Part shown: in pieces, positions 1-12,025 of the stretch
Numbering within the stretch: position 1 is the first letter of the stretch
Layout of the letters: every line of letters begins with the position of its first letter
DNA from: Ascoidea asiatica JCM 7603
Lineage: Eukaryota; Fungi; Ascomycota
Assembly (NCBI GenBank): GCA_001600695.1
Contig: BCKQ01000023.1
Span: 1-38,352, forward strand
Reading direction: 5' to 3'
DNA length: 38,352 bases
Translations under genes and position numbers: made by a program
Notes under the pieces: generated by a model
What the model was told of the DNA's origin: nothing
What the model saw: only the letters and a program-made list of their open reading frames with translations
The model's database searches: none

Positions 1-315
1 ATTTGTTACTAGAAGTTTCTCGAATTTTCTAGAACCTTCTATGAAAAAGATTCTAGAAGATTCCATTGCTTAACTACTGTGTTTGAAGTTTAGTATGTGA
101 AATTGAAATTCTGAATTTTCAGATTTTCACTTCTCATACATTTTCAAATGGTATAAATAGAGGTTGTTTTTCCCTTACTTTTCAAAATTATTTTTCCTTA
201 TTTTTATTTTATATCTTTAAGAATTTTTAGTATAACTTTTATATATTACCCTTTAATATATACTAATCATTATTATTATTAATTATCTTTTATAGAAATC
301 TTTTTTTATTATATC
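1..315 (+). repeat. Partial LTR (3' part) of the HSE-rich LTR family, truncated by the window start
   Basis: 1-~312 aligns colinearly with 12128-~12440 (offset 12127, roughly 90% identical by eye). It contains HSE arrays at 12-39 and 51-63 and TATAAATA at ~153, and ends ...TTATATCA at ~315, exactly where the copia RT frame is broken. Confidence 0.8.
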
Positions 316-1077
316 ATCAACGTAGATTGAGATGTAACAGGTTTTGCTGTAAAACCAACAAGGATCTAGCACACTTTGTTCAAAAGCACCACTTTTCATG
401 AGCACCTTTTTAATTGTATTAAACCAGATGTGAGGAGCTTGTTTTAGTCCATAAAGTCCTTTCTTGAGTTTCCAGACATATTCAGAAGGAGTTCCAGTCC
501 CTGCAGGAGGTTGAAAGAAAACTGGATAATCTATCTTTCCATTGAGAAAAGCATTTTTAGCATCCATTTGGCACAAAGAATAACCTTTAATTGCAGCTAA
601 GGACAAGATCAATCTCAAAGTATCAAACTTCATCACTGGAGCATAGATATCGATGTAGTTTTCTCCGAGTTGTTGCAAATAACCTTTGCCAACTAATCTA
701 GCTTGAAAACGCTTTGAGTTAGCTGTTTCTTGTTTAACATTGAAAACCCATCTGCCTTTCATGATCGCTTCATAAACATCATTCTTTTTCACTAAATCAT
801 ACACAATGTTAGAACGAATGGAGTTCATCTCATTCTCAATCCTTTCTAACCATTTGTTCTTTTCAGGTGATTGCAACACTTCTGAAAAGTAGTTAGGAAT
901 CTTGTATTTTGATTTGGAAACAAGAAGATTGATTACATTATCAGAGCTGTTTTCAGACATAGAAACAACATCTTTTGGACCTTCGATAGCTTTTTGAGAA
1001 TCAGCTTCGTGATCAGATGCATCTTCATCAGGGAGTTGAATAACAGGATTTGAATCATTACAGCTGTTTGAAAGCAA
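283..1077 (-). pseudogene. Ty1/copia reverse transcriptase, N-terminal half, truncated after YVDD
   Basis: Motifs KW..IENEMNS, GRWVFNVK, ARLVGKGY.Q, QMDAKNAFLNG, LKKGLYGLKQAP..W and IYVDD. The residues after DD (IIKKDFYKR) come from the LTR at 1-315. Confidence 0.93.
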
Positions 1078-2750
1078 ATTGGGGTTATCGTCTTCGTTTC
1101 ATCTTGTAACCTCGATTACAAGCTTTTGCAACCCGAAACCTAATTCTTCTGGGGGGAGTAATAACAATAGAATTGGAAATTAAAGATGGAGTCGATTGGA
1201 TAATAGAAGGAGTAGTTGATTCAACAGCAGATTGAAGTGAATCACTTGAAATATTGCAATTGGCCGCCTCATTTAAGCAATCCCCCTGCATTTCAGGTGG
1301 AACACTAGTTTCATCAAGAGAAAAATCTTGAGTATCTTTTTGAGTTTGTTGACTTTCATTGTTGTCAGTCATATCAATGGCAGCAGCATTATTAGTAGAA
1401 GGTCTAACTTCAACAGTATTTTCAGTAGCGGAAGTGTTAGAATCTTTATTAGAAGCAGCTGCGAAAGAAGCTGACGAACCACCAAAAGAAATTGGTTGGA
1501 CATCAGTGTCAGTAACACCAACATTATTGTTTAACTTGAATAGATAAACATCAGTTAAGTACCTAAATGAACTGGATCTAACTATTTTACCAGTTCCATC
1601 TTCTAGAATAAAAGCAATCTTATTAGTTTTATTGAAGCCAAAGAACGTTCCAGAAACGTCTTTCTTGAAAACATTTTGCCTAACACTATGATTAAAGCCA
1701 TAGATACGACATCCAAAGGGAGCAGTAACAGTAACAGTTTTCTTGATTTCTCTGAGCATCTCCCAAGGAGATTTTCCATTTAAATTCAAGGTCAAGTAAT
1801 TGTGAAGAAAAACAGCATGATGGAAAGCAAAATTCCAATAAGTATCAGGTATATTGGAATCATCAAGCAACTGTTTCAACTTGTGTTGTATTTGACGATT
1901 CATGTTTTCAGACTTTCCATTCTGATAAGATGAATAAGGAGCATTCGCATCATGAATAATCCCATTTGCAGAACAAACTGCTTTGAATGCATTTGTTTTG
2001 AACTCATTATCAGTTTTCACAAAACAAAGTGATTTGTTGATCAAGGAAAGTAACTTGTCCAAAATCCTAAGAGATTCAATTAGTTTATCAGTAGCTTGAG
2101 ACTTAGAAGTAAGGACATGAGCAACAACAAGGTGCAAATTAGCTTCAGTTACAGTCAACCCATAAGGGTTGTTAATGGGCCCAATTAGATCAGCAACGAT
2201 ATGTTCACCAGTAACCAAGTGGTTAGCTTCTTTAGACTTTCTAATTGTAGTTTTAGGTACAATTGAAACACAAGCTTCACATCTCGTCAAAGCAGCATGA
2301 ATGTCATTATCGACGAATTTCACCTCAGCGGATTGATTTAACAACTTGAATTTATAAATTATTGATCTATTTCATTAATTACTTGCTTCAGTTTAGCTTT
2401 GCTTTCTACTTCAATACTTCTGTTATACTTAAAACTGTTAACACCCAATTACTTGTTTCTGTTTTTCTCTTTCTTTTACTTTTTGCAAACCCTAATATTT
2501 ATCATGTGCCAGGGCTCTACTGTGACCGTTCTAATAATTTGCATTGTTTCGTTTTTCTCAGATTTCATGATGGCATCGCCCCCAGTTCGCACAGGGGACG
2601 AAAATACTTTTTGTTTTTCGTCCAATGAAAACTTTTCACTTGTCTGAAAACTTTGCACCTGCGCAATTACTTTGGCAATTGTTTGCTCAATTGCAATCTG
2701 CTGCTGTTTTGCAAAGTTCTTTCCAGCTTTGATAATTTAACATAATTAGC
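316..2750 (-). mobile_element. Truncated Ty1/copia retrotransposon (pol remnant; no recognisable gag or LTRs of its own)
   Basis: INT and RT ORFs above, plus a degenerate upstream frame (2476-2658) in the position expected for protease. Confidence 0.8.
1085..2344 (-). pseudogene. Ty1/copia integrase plus low-complexity spacer, frameshifted from the RT ORF
   Basis: CEAC zinc-ligand remnant, HIVADLIGP, KTDNEF, QNGKSENMNR (DDE core), W.FA..HAVFLHN and PFGC motifs. INT lies upstream of RT, which is the copia order. Confidence 0.92.
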
Positions 2751-3399
2751 TTTCTTTTCCTCTTTTATTTTCTTTATCTCTTTTATATGTTTCTTTCTTT
2801 ATTTGCCGAAAAATATATTTACTTTATATATATGAATTACCTCAGTTATTTATTTAACATATTATTATAACTTATAAATTTTATTAGAATTTACTAATAA
2901 TATTTATTTACGAAATAAATCCGAATTCCAGAATATTAATCACGATAAAAAGAATAAACAAGAAGTAAAAAATTTTTGTACATTGTAATCTTATTTTGAG
3001 ATAAAAAATTAGAGTGACAGCTCAATTTTTAGGTTGAAAGGCTTCTAGGCTGATTTTAAATTGTAACATTAAAATCAAGATTGATATTTAATGTAATGTG
3101 TGAATTCAGGAATGGTTAGAAATGTAGGACGAAAAACCGATTTACCGTGAATCTGAACATTAAAAAATTTTAATATTATATCGGATAAATTGAGGTTTTG
3201 ATGTTGCATTAAAATTAAGCATTGAGGCTATTTTATTGATTTTTAAAAAGTTTAAAGATATTTTGCTAGAATAATGAATTACAATTTAGAATTATAAAAT
3301 TGAAATTGAATTTAAAGCGAATCTATTGCCTGATTTGGTAAAAGATTAAGACCCAAGAATATATAACAGAATCTGCCATAGTTGGTTAAATTGTAAATA

Positions 3400-4600
3400 A
3401 GCATTGAATAGTACATATAAATTCTTTTTTAGCTATAAAAGTGGCAGAAGATCTGAAGTATGCCATTTTGATCGTAAATCCCATGACAGTTTTTTATGAA
3501 ATTAAATATATCCGGAGCATCTTCTTGCTATATTAGATTTACAGGTATATCTGCAATGTATCTGGCGTTGACAGTGTATTTGTTACACATTATTATAGGC
3601 CCATTTAGACTGGCCTGCCCCTGGTGCCGATTACGGACTCCACGTGTTCCTCTAGTCAAAAACGGACCTAAAGTATATCTTATTTATTAAGTAAACTAAT
3701 ATCGTTACCCGTGTCCAGTAACCCCAAGTTACCCTTAGGCTCGGTTGCACCACCACCATTCCATCCCATACGTACTGTACTAGTCCGGCCTGAGATTACC
3801 GCCTCTTGCGATAGCTTGCTCATACTACAATGTATTCTCATATGTCCCTGGTCCACGCAGTACCACCTCTTTTCGTAGCAGCTATTTGTTTTTCTTTGTT
3901 AGACAGATTCTTGCTCGGACTCTTGAATGCTGTTACCCCTACGACCCGATTGTCTTTTTTTAGATGCTCTGTAAGATAACCTCTCTCTTTCAAAGCACAT
4001 TATTAATTTGCGATTTGACTCTGGAGAAACATCCAGCTAAACACTCATAGCCAAACTAGCGGTAATATGCTCAAAAACTAGTTGACTTTGGGCTTGAGGT
4101 TGAATCTCCTTAAGGCGACAACATATAGGGGAAGATCATTAAAACCTATTTCGTCTTGAGGGCAGTATTTTCTTGTTAAAATTGTCGAGTTTCAGGAACT
4201 CAAGATTCCGACCTCAGCGAGTATCGGTAGTAGGAGCGAATCTTCATAAATTGGGCTTACAGTGAATGCATGCTCAAGAAACTCAGAACCCATGGCCAGA
4301 ATCATATCTCTATTAACTTCCCTCTGTGAAAGCGGAAGCAGCGGCTAGCACCTAGACTTAGGGTAGTGGTCAGAAAACTCTAATTGCTTGAAGAGGGTTC
4401 TTAACGGAAATAGCCACCGGATACAGTTAAAGAGTCAACGTTGGATCTTTTTTTACGAAATTTTCTTCAAAGAAACCGAAAGGCAAGAACTGAACCCCTC
4501 TAGAATCAACTCTCAGATCATACGATGTCTTTTCATTCTCGAAATCCTTTCCTTTTACCTAGCACTGTTTGTGCATGATCTGCTTACAAAAGTCAGATTT
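3400..4600 (-). pseudogene. Degenerate gag-protease of a Ty3/gypsy-like retroelement
   Basis: Minus-strand translation gives RWYCVDQGHMRIHC (CCHC knuckle with the first C lost, ~3829-3870) followed by GLLDTGNDISLL (aspartic protease DTG, ~3690-3725). The region is GC-richer than its flanks and no RT follows. Confidence 0.7.
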
Positions 4601-4784
4601 TTTAATACAATATAAAAAAAATAGTATTTATTAATAAGTTGAGGTTGTTAAAAACAAATTGAATGATAATTATTCAAGTATTAATAAAATTAAAAAGAAA
4701 AAAAGAAAAAGATTAAAGCTTCTTATAGTAAATTTTTAAATAGAAAACTATATAGATTAATAAATAAAAATTAAAAAGGTGTAG

Positions 4785-5393
4785 TTAAGAAGTGCCAATG
4801 AATTCAACTTCTCCATCAGAAGAAGATGAATCACTAGAAAGTTCAATAAGCTCATTGAAGTTATTAAAAATTCTAGTAAACATTGCCTGAGAAATATTAA
4901 AATACTTACGATGAACCAGTCTCCAAAGTCTAGAAAGACTTAAACGTTTTCCTTTTGACTCGGATTCAATAATTTGCAAAACATTCCTTTTATAATCACT
5001 TGGATTAATAACAATTTTTCCAACCACGCATTTAGTTGGTCTGTAGTGAACCATACCGTCGGAATGAAGATAAAACCAGAATTTTTGAGTTCTGGATACA
5101 TGTTGAAGGTTATCTTTATTATTATTTTTAATTGAATCATAACGTTCTTGAGTGACTCCTTTTTCAACAATAACTGTGATTTCCTCAATTTTATCATTAA
5201 TATTGGTGATTAAGGTTGAATATTGATCAAGTTTAGCTAGCATGCCTTTATGTTTCAGCTTATACTTGTCAGGTGATAACATAATTTTACATATAATTTT
5301 CGAAATTGATTTTTCATAAATAATATTTTTTTCTATTTGGGAAAATAACACGGAATGAAGAATAAAAATAAATTGTAATAACTTATGATACAA
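4785..5393 (-). CDS. Open ORF for a NOL4-like / integrase Zn-binding-domain-like protein without Zn ligands or DDE core (best-preserved copy of a repeated family)
   Basis: 202 aa open frame. KGVTQERYDSI-x15-KFWF..S.G, GKIVINP...RNVLQII and LWRLVHRKYFNI resemble the NOL4/integrase H2C2-type N-terminal region as I recall it. Paralogs lie at ~10400-10850 and ~15440-15960. The true start is uncertain (ATG near 5283, or fused to the broken frames at 5414-5799). Confidence 0.55.
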   Translation of the reverse strand: MYHKLLQFIFILHSVLFSQIEKNIIYEKSISKIICKIMLSPDKYKLKHKGMLAKLDQYSTLITNINDKIEEITVIVEKGVTQERYDSIKNNNKDNLQHVSRTQKFWFYLHSDGMVHYRPTKCVVGKIVINPSDYKRNVLQIIESESKGKRLSLSRLWRLVHRKYFNISQAMFTRIFNNFNELIELSSDSSSSDGEVEFIGTS

Positions 5394-5884
5394 ATTAAAG
5401 TTTGGATTAACATTTAAATTATAATTAAGTGGAATTGAAAGAAAAGGAATGTTGAAGAAATATTAATTGAACATAAATAATTATTGATTAAAGTGAAACT
5501 TGAATTATTGCCGCCGATATAATAGAGTGTTGAGTCTTTATATGCAATAAATAACTTTAATTTAGAAAAGTATATTGAAATAATTATATGATTTGCACTT
5601 GCATCAATTAAGTTTTGAAACATTCTTTTAGTTTTATTATTAATAGAAATATCACTTGAATCATCAATAAAAAAGTTGTGTCCTCATGTTGAATATAAAA
5701 TTCCAAAATAAGAGGGAGATAAAGTCCTAACTTATTTTCAAATTGTTTGATTGTTTCAATTAAGGAGGGGGAAGTTAAAATTGTTAAGTTATTTGACATG
5801 TGATATAAATAATAAAAACTAATAATAATTTAAAAAAATAAATTAAAAAGAAATTAAAATAATTATAAGTGTTTCAATATCTCT

Positions 5885-6115
5885 TTAAATATCATTCTGG
5901 TCTCTGAAATGTAAACAAAGGTCTATCTTATGGAGGAATAAATAAACAAACACGAAAATATAAAAAAATAAAATAAACAAATTAAACACGTAATAAAAAT
6001 TGAAACACATAATAAAAATTGAACCAAAAAATTGAAAAAAAAAAATAATCACGGGATCATAACTTCGTATTATAAGAACTGAGGTCAGCAATGATTGGTG
6101 AAGCATTTCTGTCAA
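5885..6115 (-). pseudogene. Small hydrophobic (membrane-protein-like) ORF of the repeated module
   Basis: Very F/I/L/Y-rich frame. AATTGAAACACATAATAAAAA (5998-6018) is a 21/21 match to the reverse complement of 20031-20051. Confidence 0.35.
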
Positions 6116-6414
6116 CAGATCCGGGTTTAAGCAACCTTTTCCGGACAGGTTTTCTTGGACCTCGAAACGAGAGCTACCAAATTATACTTAATTCGGCAGA
6201 GATTGATTTTGACTTTTCCTCATGGAGGGGTCTTGGTTGGCTCGGATATATTTATCAGGTACCAAACAAGAAAGTCTGAAATGCTGGGGGGCGATTGCTG
6301 TAGTGGTCCCTTCCAACATTTTCGCCATTATCCACATGTTAATCCACCCACTGTTATAGCGCCGAATGGAAAATTGAATTTTTGGCTATATTACCTAAAC
6401 GGTCTTTTGTAAAA

Positions 6415-7678
6415 TGACTCGTAACATCTTGAACATCCGTAGACATTCCTCCACCGGATCTCAGATTTTTGTTTACTCGAAAGGATATCGGGACATTTTT
6501 CTGAAACAAAACCATGTATATTACACAACTGATCCTCACGCCATTGAAGGCTACAACAATGCCGCCCGTGGATAATAGTTTTGGTACGAAAGTGTGATTT
6601 AACGTCCGGACGACTTTTTGTTTGTGCAGAAAAGCTAGAGGTTTTATCATCCTTCGAATTTTCATTACTGTAAGACTATTAAAATATATAATTAACTTTT
6701 CTAGAAAATATGTATTAGTCAACTAACTGGTGTTAATCGATGAACCAAAACCAACAAGTGAGTAAACCTGCTAAAAATTAAGAAGCAATCGATTCGTTTT
6801 ATATTAGCTCTGGATTCGTACGGGGGGGGGGTGCTCAGACTTTGACAATTTGGGAAATTCGGCAAATCGCCGGAGTTACTGGGTAGAAGCAACGTAGGAT
6901 TCAAGTTTAGCTTGAAAAAAGCGTCGATCTCCCATTAGAAATATATTGAAATTGACATTTCAATATTAGCTTTGTAGACCAATCAGAGGACGTTCCAAAT
7001 GGCAAGAAAAGCAACATAATTAGTCCGAATAATCCTTATTCCCGAAGCCAGCAATCGGAATAGATTATTTAACAAATAGCTCCTCTGGTGTTCCAATTCC
7101 TCCCTCCCCAATTCAGGGACGGTCATGAGAGTTACACTTCTATAATATCAGACTAGGCGTATCCAGTTCAGCAATCCGGAATGCGCCCCTTCCTAGATCT
7201 GATTGGCCTTAGATATGGCATAAATTAGGATTGATGCTAAATCTAAAGCCGATTTTCCTTCTTGTACATAGTAGTTTAGGGCTAAGAGACTGTTAAAAGG
7301 CTAGAAAATATGAGTGCTACCAATATCAAAGTCTTCATTGATTTATCAAGAATAACCCGCACAACGAGATGTGTGATAATCCATATGGCTACTATATCCG
7401 GGATATACGTGTATCTGTGCATATGTCCCCACATTCCTCCAAACTCATGTTATTTGTCGTATTCTTCATGCAGCTTATTTAAAGTGTCTGCAACGATATA
7501 TATCTGTATGCTCAATTATCCATTTTTATCCTTAACTGTACAGAAGGCATACAGCTTATTTTATAATTCATGTTTGTCTAACCTCTATTATAGATGCGTG
7601 TCACTTCTAATCTTATGGATTATGGTATTAGCACTATATATGCCCTGATGTAAATATACCTCCATTTAATGCGGTACA
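6415..7678 (-). repeat. Solo long LTR (~1.26 kb, TG..CA)
   Basis: The reverse complement aligns end to end with 20454-21660 (for example AAGGCCAATC.GATC.AGG.AGGG.CGC, TGCATGAAGAATAC, AATATAAAA.GAATCGATT, CATCGATTA.CAC.AGTTA.TTGA.TAATACATA). Homology starts at TGT and ends at GTCA in both copies. Removing it rejoins sequence that matches ~12800-12865. No clear TSD. Confidence 0.72.
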
Positions 7679-7949
7679 GGGTTTTAGGTAAAAGTAAGTT
7701 CTGTCCAATTAGGCAGAACCTAAAATAAAAAAGCTAGTAACCACATTTGTTTGAGCACGTTACGTAAGGTTACGTGCATAGGTCACGATTCCAGTTGGAA
7801 ACCAGCCACCAAAAGACGGGTATTTTCTAAAGTGATATCCCAAAATAAATTTTTTGAAAAACATAAACATTGAGTTTATTGTCGGCCAGATTGATATTGA
7901 TCATAAGGTGAGTTATTCATTAGAAATCTATTTTGTGATTTTCAACTGC

Positions 7950-9400
7950 AATTCCTGAGTTCATGGATGGAGAAAAATCAAAACCCAGATTGTCACTGTC
8001 TAAAGAGGAAATAAAAATTTGTGTTTTTCGATCTATTGGAGTATTGTCTGTAGTACTTTTGACTGACCGTTGAAATATGATTAACCAGCCAAAAACCAAG
8101 TATTCTGTAATTTTAGCGAATCTTCGAGATCATTTTCCCATGTTTCTAGTATGAGTCCAATGTTTTACTTATGGTGACAAGAACTTTTTAACTTTACTTT
8201 TGGTTTCCGGAGCCTTTACTGGACTTTGAAAACCTCCTGACTTAGCTCTGATACGACAAATGATATTCATAACAACTGTTGTAGGGTTTGGCCCTAAAAG
8301 AGTTTTTATTCTACTACTCGATTATTAAGAATGAAATTAATTTTGGTTGATTCCTGATCGAGCATGAGTGGTATATCACTATCTCTTCGATTACCAAATT
8401 GACACATTCGTTGTTTAAGTTTATAATCCGGTTGTAAAGCAGTAACTAAGTTTTGATGTGTCTGGGATTCTTTAGCTTTTTTAAGTTCATCTCTATCCAT
8501 GCTATCCTTTGCGGATGTCGCTTTGTACAGTCGCTAAAAAACACAGCCATGGTAACTACACCTTTTGTGTACAGTTTGAAAATTAAATTTGAGTTTCATT
8601 GACATGTTTTGTTGTCATGTTCTTAAATACAGCAGAATTTTTGCTTCGGATGTATTTATATGCTCACCAGCTACCAGATGAATGTCTTAATCCACGATTA
8701 ATATTTGTTAAACCACTGTAATTTAAATATCGGGTGTTTACGGACACTGTCGGATACGATGGCTCATTAACAAAAGTGCCAGCGGAACAGAGACGTATTA
8801 CCAGGAAATGATTGAGACGATTAATTTTTCTTACCAAATTCGGAGAACTTAACACTTAAAATTTAAAGATCATTGATAAAATGGTATCTTCAGTCCCAAC
8901 GAATAATAGAGGTAGTAGGTAATGTTAGATTTTATACACTTAACTATGTGCCTTCTTCTTATTGTTTTCCATAAGTATTTTGATAATTAGTGGACGAGTT
9001 TTAAATTGAATATTTAAGTTCTTTAGATTTTTGAAGTGTATTTTATAGGAGAGCGTGCTATGAATTGATTCATGGTTGCTGAATCTTAACTCCGCCCAAT
9101 TCTCGTCAGGATTAGTAACTCTTGAGGTGGAACATAATTCTTGATGGAATCAAGGTTAGGTCGGAGTAGTGCGAGTAAAACGTAATGAATATAGTTTCTA
9201 ATCAAATCAAAATACGTCTGCAAGGGATTCTATTTGGCAAATTTTTTTTATCTTGTATGAGTTGATCAATAATAGATATTAGTGTTGCAATTTCCTCATG
9301 ATATTCTTCCACAGAGTTAGCTTTCAAGTATTTTTTTCTAAGTTACTGGTGAAATCCTTGTAACTTCTAACAGGTTTTGGCATTGAAACAAGTCTATTTG
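7950..9400 (-). pseudogene. Possible second degenerate gag-protease remnant
   Basis: Broken minus frames give RCSYHG..(frameshift)SDC at ~8527-8563 and INFILNNRVVE/TLLGPNPTTVVM at ~8270-8345, in the order expected for knuckle then protease. The catalytic D is not visible. Confidence 0.3.
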
Positions 9401-10399
9401 CATAATAATTCAGGCTTATTTTATAATTAGTCGCAAAATCTAAAAATCAAACTGTAAAGAAAGTAGGAAGGTCTTTAGCTACATTTCTTTGAGGTGATGA
9501 ATAAAAGATTATTAATAGAAAGGATATAATGTTGGGGAATGTATGAAATTTTGGGAGTAAGTGTTAATCATACTCGAATCTAGATTGTTGTTAACAATGT
9601 TTCAAGCAATATAGTTTGGAGATGGCTGTTGTTGAGAAAAATATTTTGAGAGAAGTAAATTTGATTGCAGCTTTTAGAATACAATTAAAAGGGGGAATGT
9701 TACTCGGGATGTTACCTGACAACAAGATTGGAGTTGCAGATATTATAATAGGTTACAGGTACTAAAATAGATATCAGAAGCAATTGATAATAATAAAAAA
9801 GATAAGAAGAGCTACCTTAATAATAATAATTACCACATTAATGAATGGCGAGTATAATGGCCACGTTTAATTATATTTAACAATGGGTAGGGGAACGAAC
9901 CTACCAGCTAGAATGGTATTAATATAATATTAATAAATTATCGTAATAAATCGATAATAATGACAATTTTTTCATGACTATAATAAGCCGCTATAATACT
10001 AATTGAAGTAAAATAACATACTTTTAAAATGCAGCAACAAAATCAATAGTATATTGCAAATGAAATAATCAACACCAACAGTTCATAAACCCATATAAAT
10101 GTTATAAACAAAATAATTGAACATTAAGAACCAATTAATATTCAATTGAATCTCGCCAATACCCACTTCCTTTTCTGTGGATAAACACAAAAAACTCTTG
10201 GCTACAAATATCTGACTATAAAACATAGATATTCTTAGAGTACATAATTGTTGATCAAAAATAAAAATAAAGATTAAAATAAATCAAATTAATAGTAATA
10301 AATTCTAATCAATCGTTATAAAAAAAAATAGTAAGGGAAAAAAATAAAAACTGAATTAATTTAGAAGAACAGCAATGATCAGAATACGATAGTGATCAA

Positions 10400-10850
10400 A
10401 CCTTAATAACTAAATTAAAGTAATGAAATATTTTTTTCAACTTCGGTTTGAAAATACTATGATACTAAGCCTTGATATTGTTCCATAATTTAAGTCTTGA
10501 AAAGTATTGCCTATGTGGTTAAAAAAGAAAAATACGTAAATCATTTTCAGTGTATCTTTTTTTACCATTCATAATTTTTCCACTTTCGAGATTAACTTCC
10601 ATATGAGAAATGTTATTCACTGAACTGTTGTATTATCTAAAACGTATAAAACTGTTAAGGAATTTAATTTCTTCAGAAAGTTGCTTTTTGACAATAATAT
10701 AAATTGGTGTGGTAATACCCTTTGGAGCGATAGATTTTCTTTGCAGTGTTCTGGTTTCAAGGGTATTTATTTTCTGAATAGAAACATTATGTTGATTGAA
10801 GGTTTCGTCACGCAAGAAGTACTTATAAGGCTCTAGGATCATTTGACATA
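10400..10850 (-). pseudogene. Paralog 2 of the NOL4-like ORF
   Basis: MILEPYKYFL...I..L......IAPKGITTPIYIIVK.....I..L....F aligns almost without gaps to IMLSPDKYKL...I..I......IVEKGVTQERYDSIK.....L..V....F of 4785-5393. Past the stop it continues ESGKIM versus VVGKIV. Confidence 0.65.
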
Positions 10851-11399
10851 TAATTTCGAAAATTTCTGGTTGATAATTTAGTTGATTTCGATCGCTTGGA
10901 ATTAAACTTGAATGTCAAATAAATATAAACTTTGTTGATTGAATACTTGCTTCCAAGGGTGTGTTAATGATTGAGTTATAATTATTATGTTTTTAATTCA
11001 GTTCCAGAGAGATTAAATTCATTTGATCTTAATAAATAGATTAAATGATTTGATGAAATTTGATTACCTTCCAAATAAGAAATGGCGTTATGTTTATAAG
11101 AAGCTAATCAACCCTCATCGGAGCATAAAATGTCATAGCCAAATCATTGCCGCTGCTAGTTATAGTGAGAAATGAATGTTGAGGTCAAGGCAATAAGGTA
11201 TTAGTTGTCATTGATAAACATAAAAGTATAAATGGTAGTTTTCCGAATAAGATTTAACCGCTTTAGGAATTTCTTTGGATACATCAATCTGCAACCATGA
11301 AGTGGAGCAACTAATAGTTGCATTTATTGCAATTTGAAATTAATTAATAATAATAATAAAATGAAGGAATATAATGATAAATACGAAAATAGTCGAACA

Positions 11400-11781
11400 A
11401 ATCTAAACTTTCGTCCGGATCAAAAAATAAAATAGTACCCAATGTATCGAAAATTGAAAAACGCTACCAAATTCTATCCAGGAACTGATATAGAATATCG
11501 GAAATACTCTTCGACAGCAAATCCTGCCAATATGTTTGAAGAAATTCTATATATGCGTACAAAAAAAATATGCCATGAACAAATCATACAAAAATGTATC
11601 TGAAACAAAAATAATAAAGGTGATAATAAAGTATACAAAAAATAATAATCTAAACATAGAAAATGGGGGTTGAGTTGTTTATGATGATTAGTTCCTAAAC
11701 CTAACGGGTTACCGTACCTTACGATTGTGATTACGGAGGAGAACAATAATCGAACACCCCTTAGTGACGAGTAGCGACCCA
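11400..11781 (-). pseudogene. Hydrophobic ORF of the repeated module (LAGFA....F.YSI motif)
   Basis: ILAGFAVEEYFRYSI matches LTGGFADSFFYSYSI at 13321-13515. The DNA head (TGGGTCGCTACTCG...AAGGTACGGTAACCCG...CTAATCAT) resembles 6090-6180 on the minus strand. Confidence 0.45.
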
Positions 11782-11859
11782 TGTTTGAGGCCTGTTTTAT
11801 TTGGTTCCTTCTAGAATAATGAATTATGTTATCAAATCATAATTTACTTTGTTGTTACT

Positions 11860-11935
11860 TTATCTCACCTTATCTCACTTTATCTCACCTTATCTCACCT
11901 TATCTTGCTTTATCTTGCTTTATCTTACCTTATCT
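11860..11935. repeat. 10-bp tandem repeat (TTATCTYRCY, ~7.5 copies) forming a phased GATA-site array
   Basis: TATCTCACCT TATCTCACTT TATCTCACCT TATCTCACCT TATCTTGCTT TATCTTGCTT TATCTTACCT TATCT; each unit reads AGATAA on the minus strand. Confidence 0.9.
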
Positions 11936-12025
11936 AAGATTAAGTTGATTAATCTTACCTATCCATCATCTTTATGCTTTAAAAGCTTTTTCTGTTCATT
12001 TTACCAAAAGTTGCTGTTTAGGTTT

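Noticed and set aside
1359-2647. Plus-strand ORFs 1359-1547, 2362-2628 and 2399-2647
   Set aside because: Antisense shadows of the copia pol region.
6160-6180. TGGTAGCTCTCGTTTCGA (minus) as a tRNA-iMet primer-binding site; similar TGGTAGC at 11463-11469 and 23422-23428
   Set aside because: It resembles the iMet PBS, but none of these sites directly follows a CA-ending LTR terminus. Kept only as a hint.
6354-7648. ORFs 6354-6722, 6719-6904 and 7310-7648
   Set aside because: They fall within the long solo LTR, and the frames are not conserved in the second copy.
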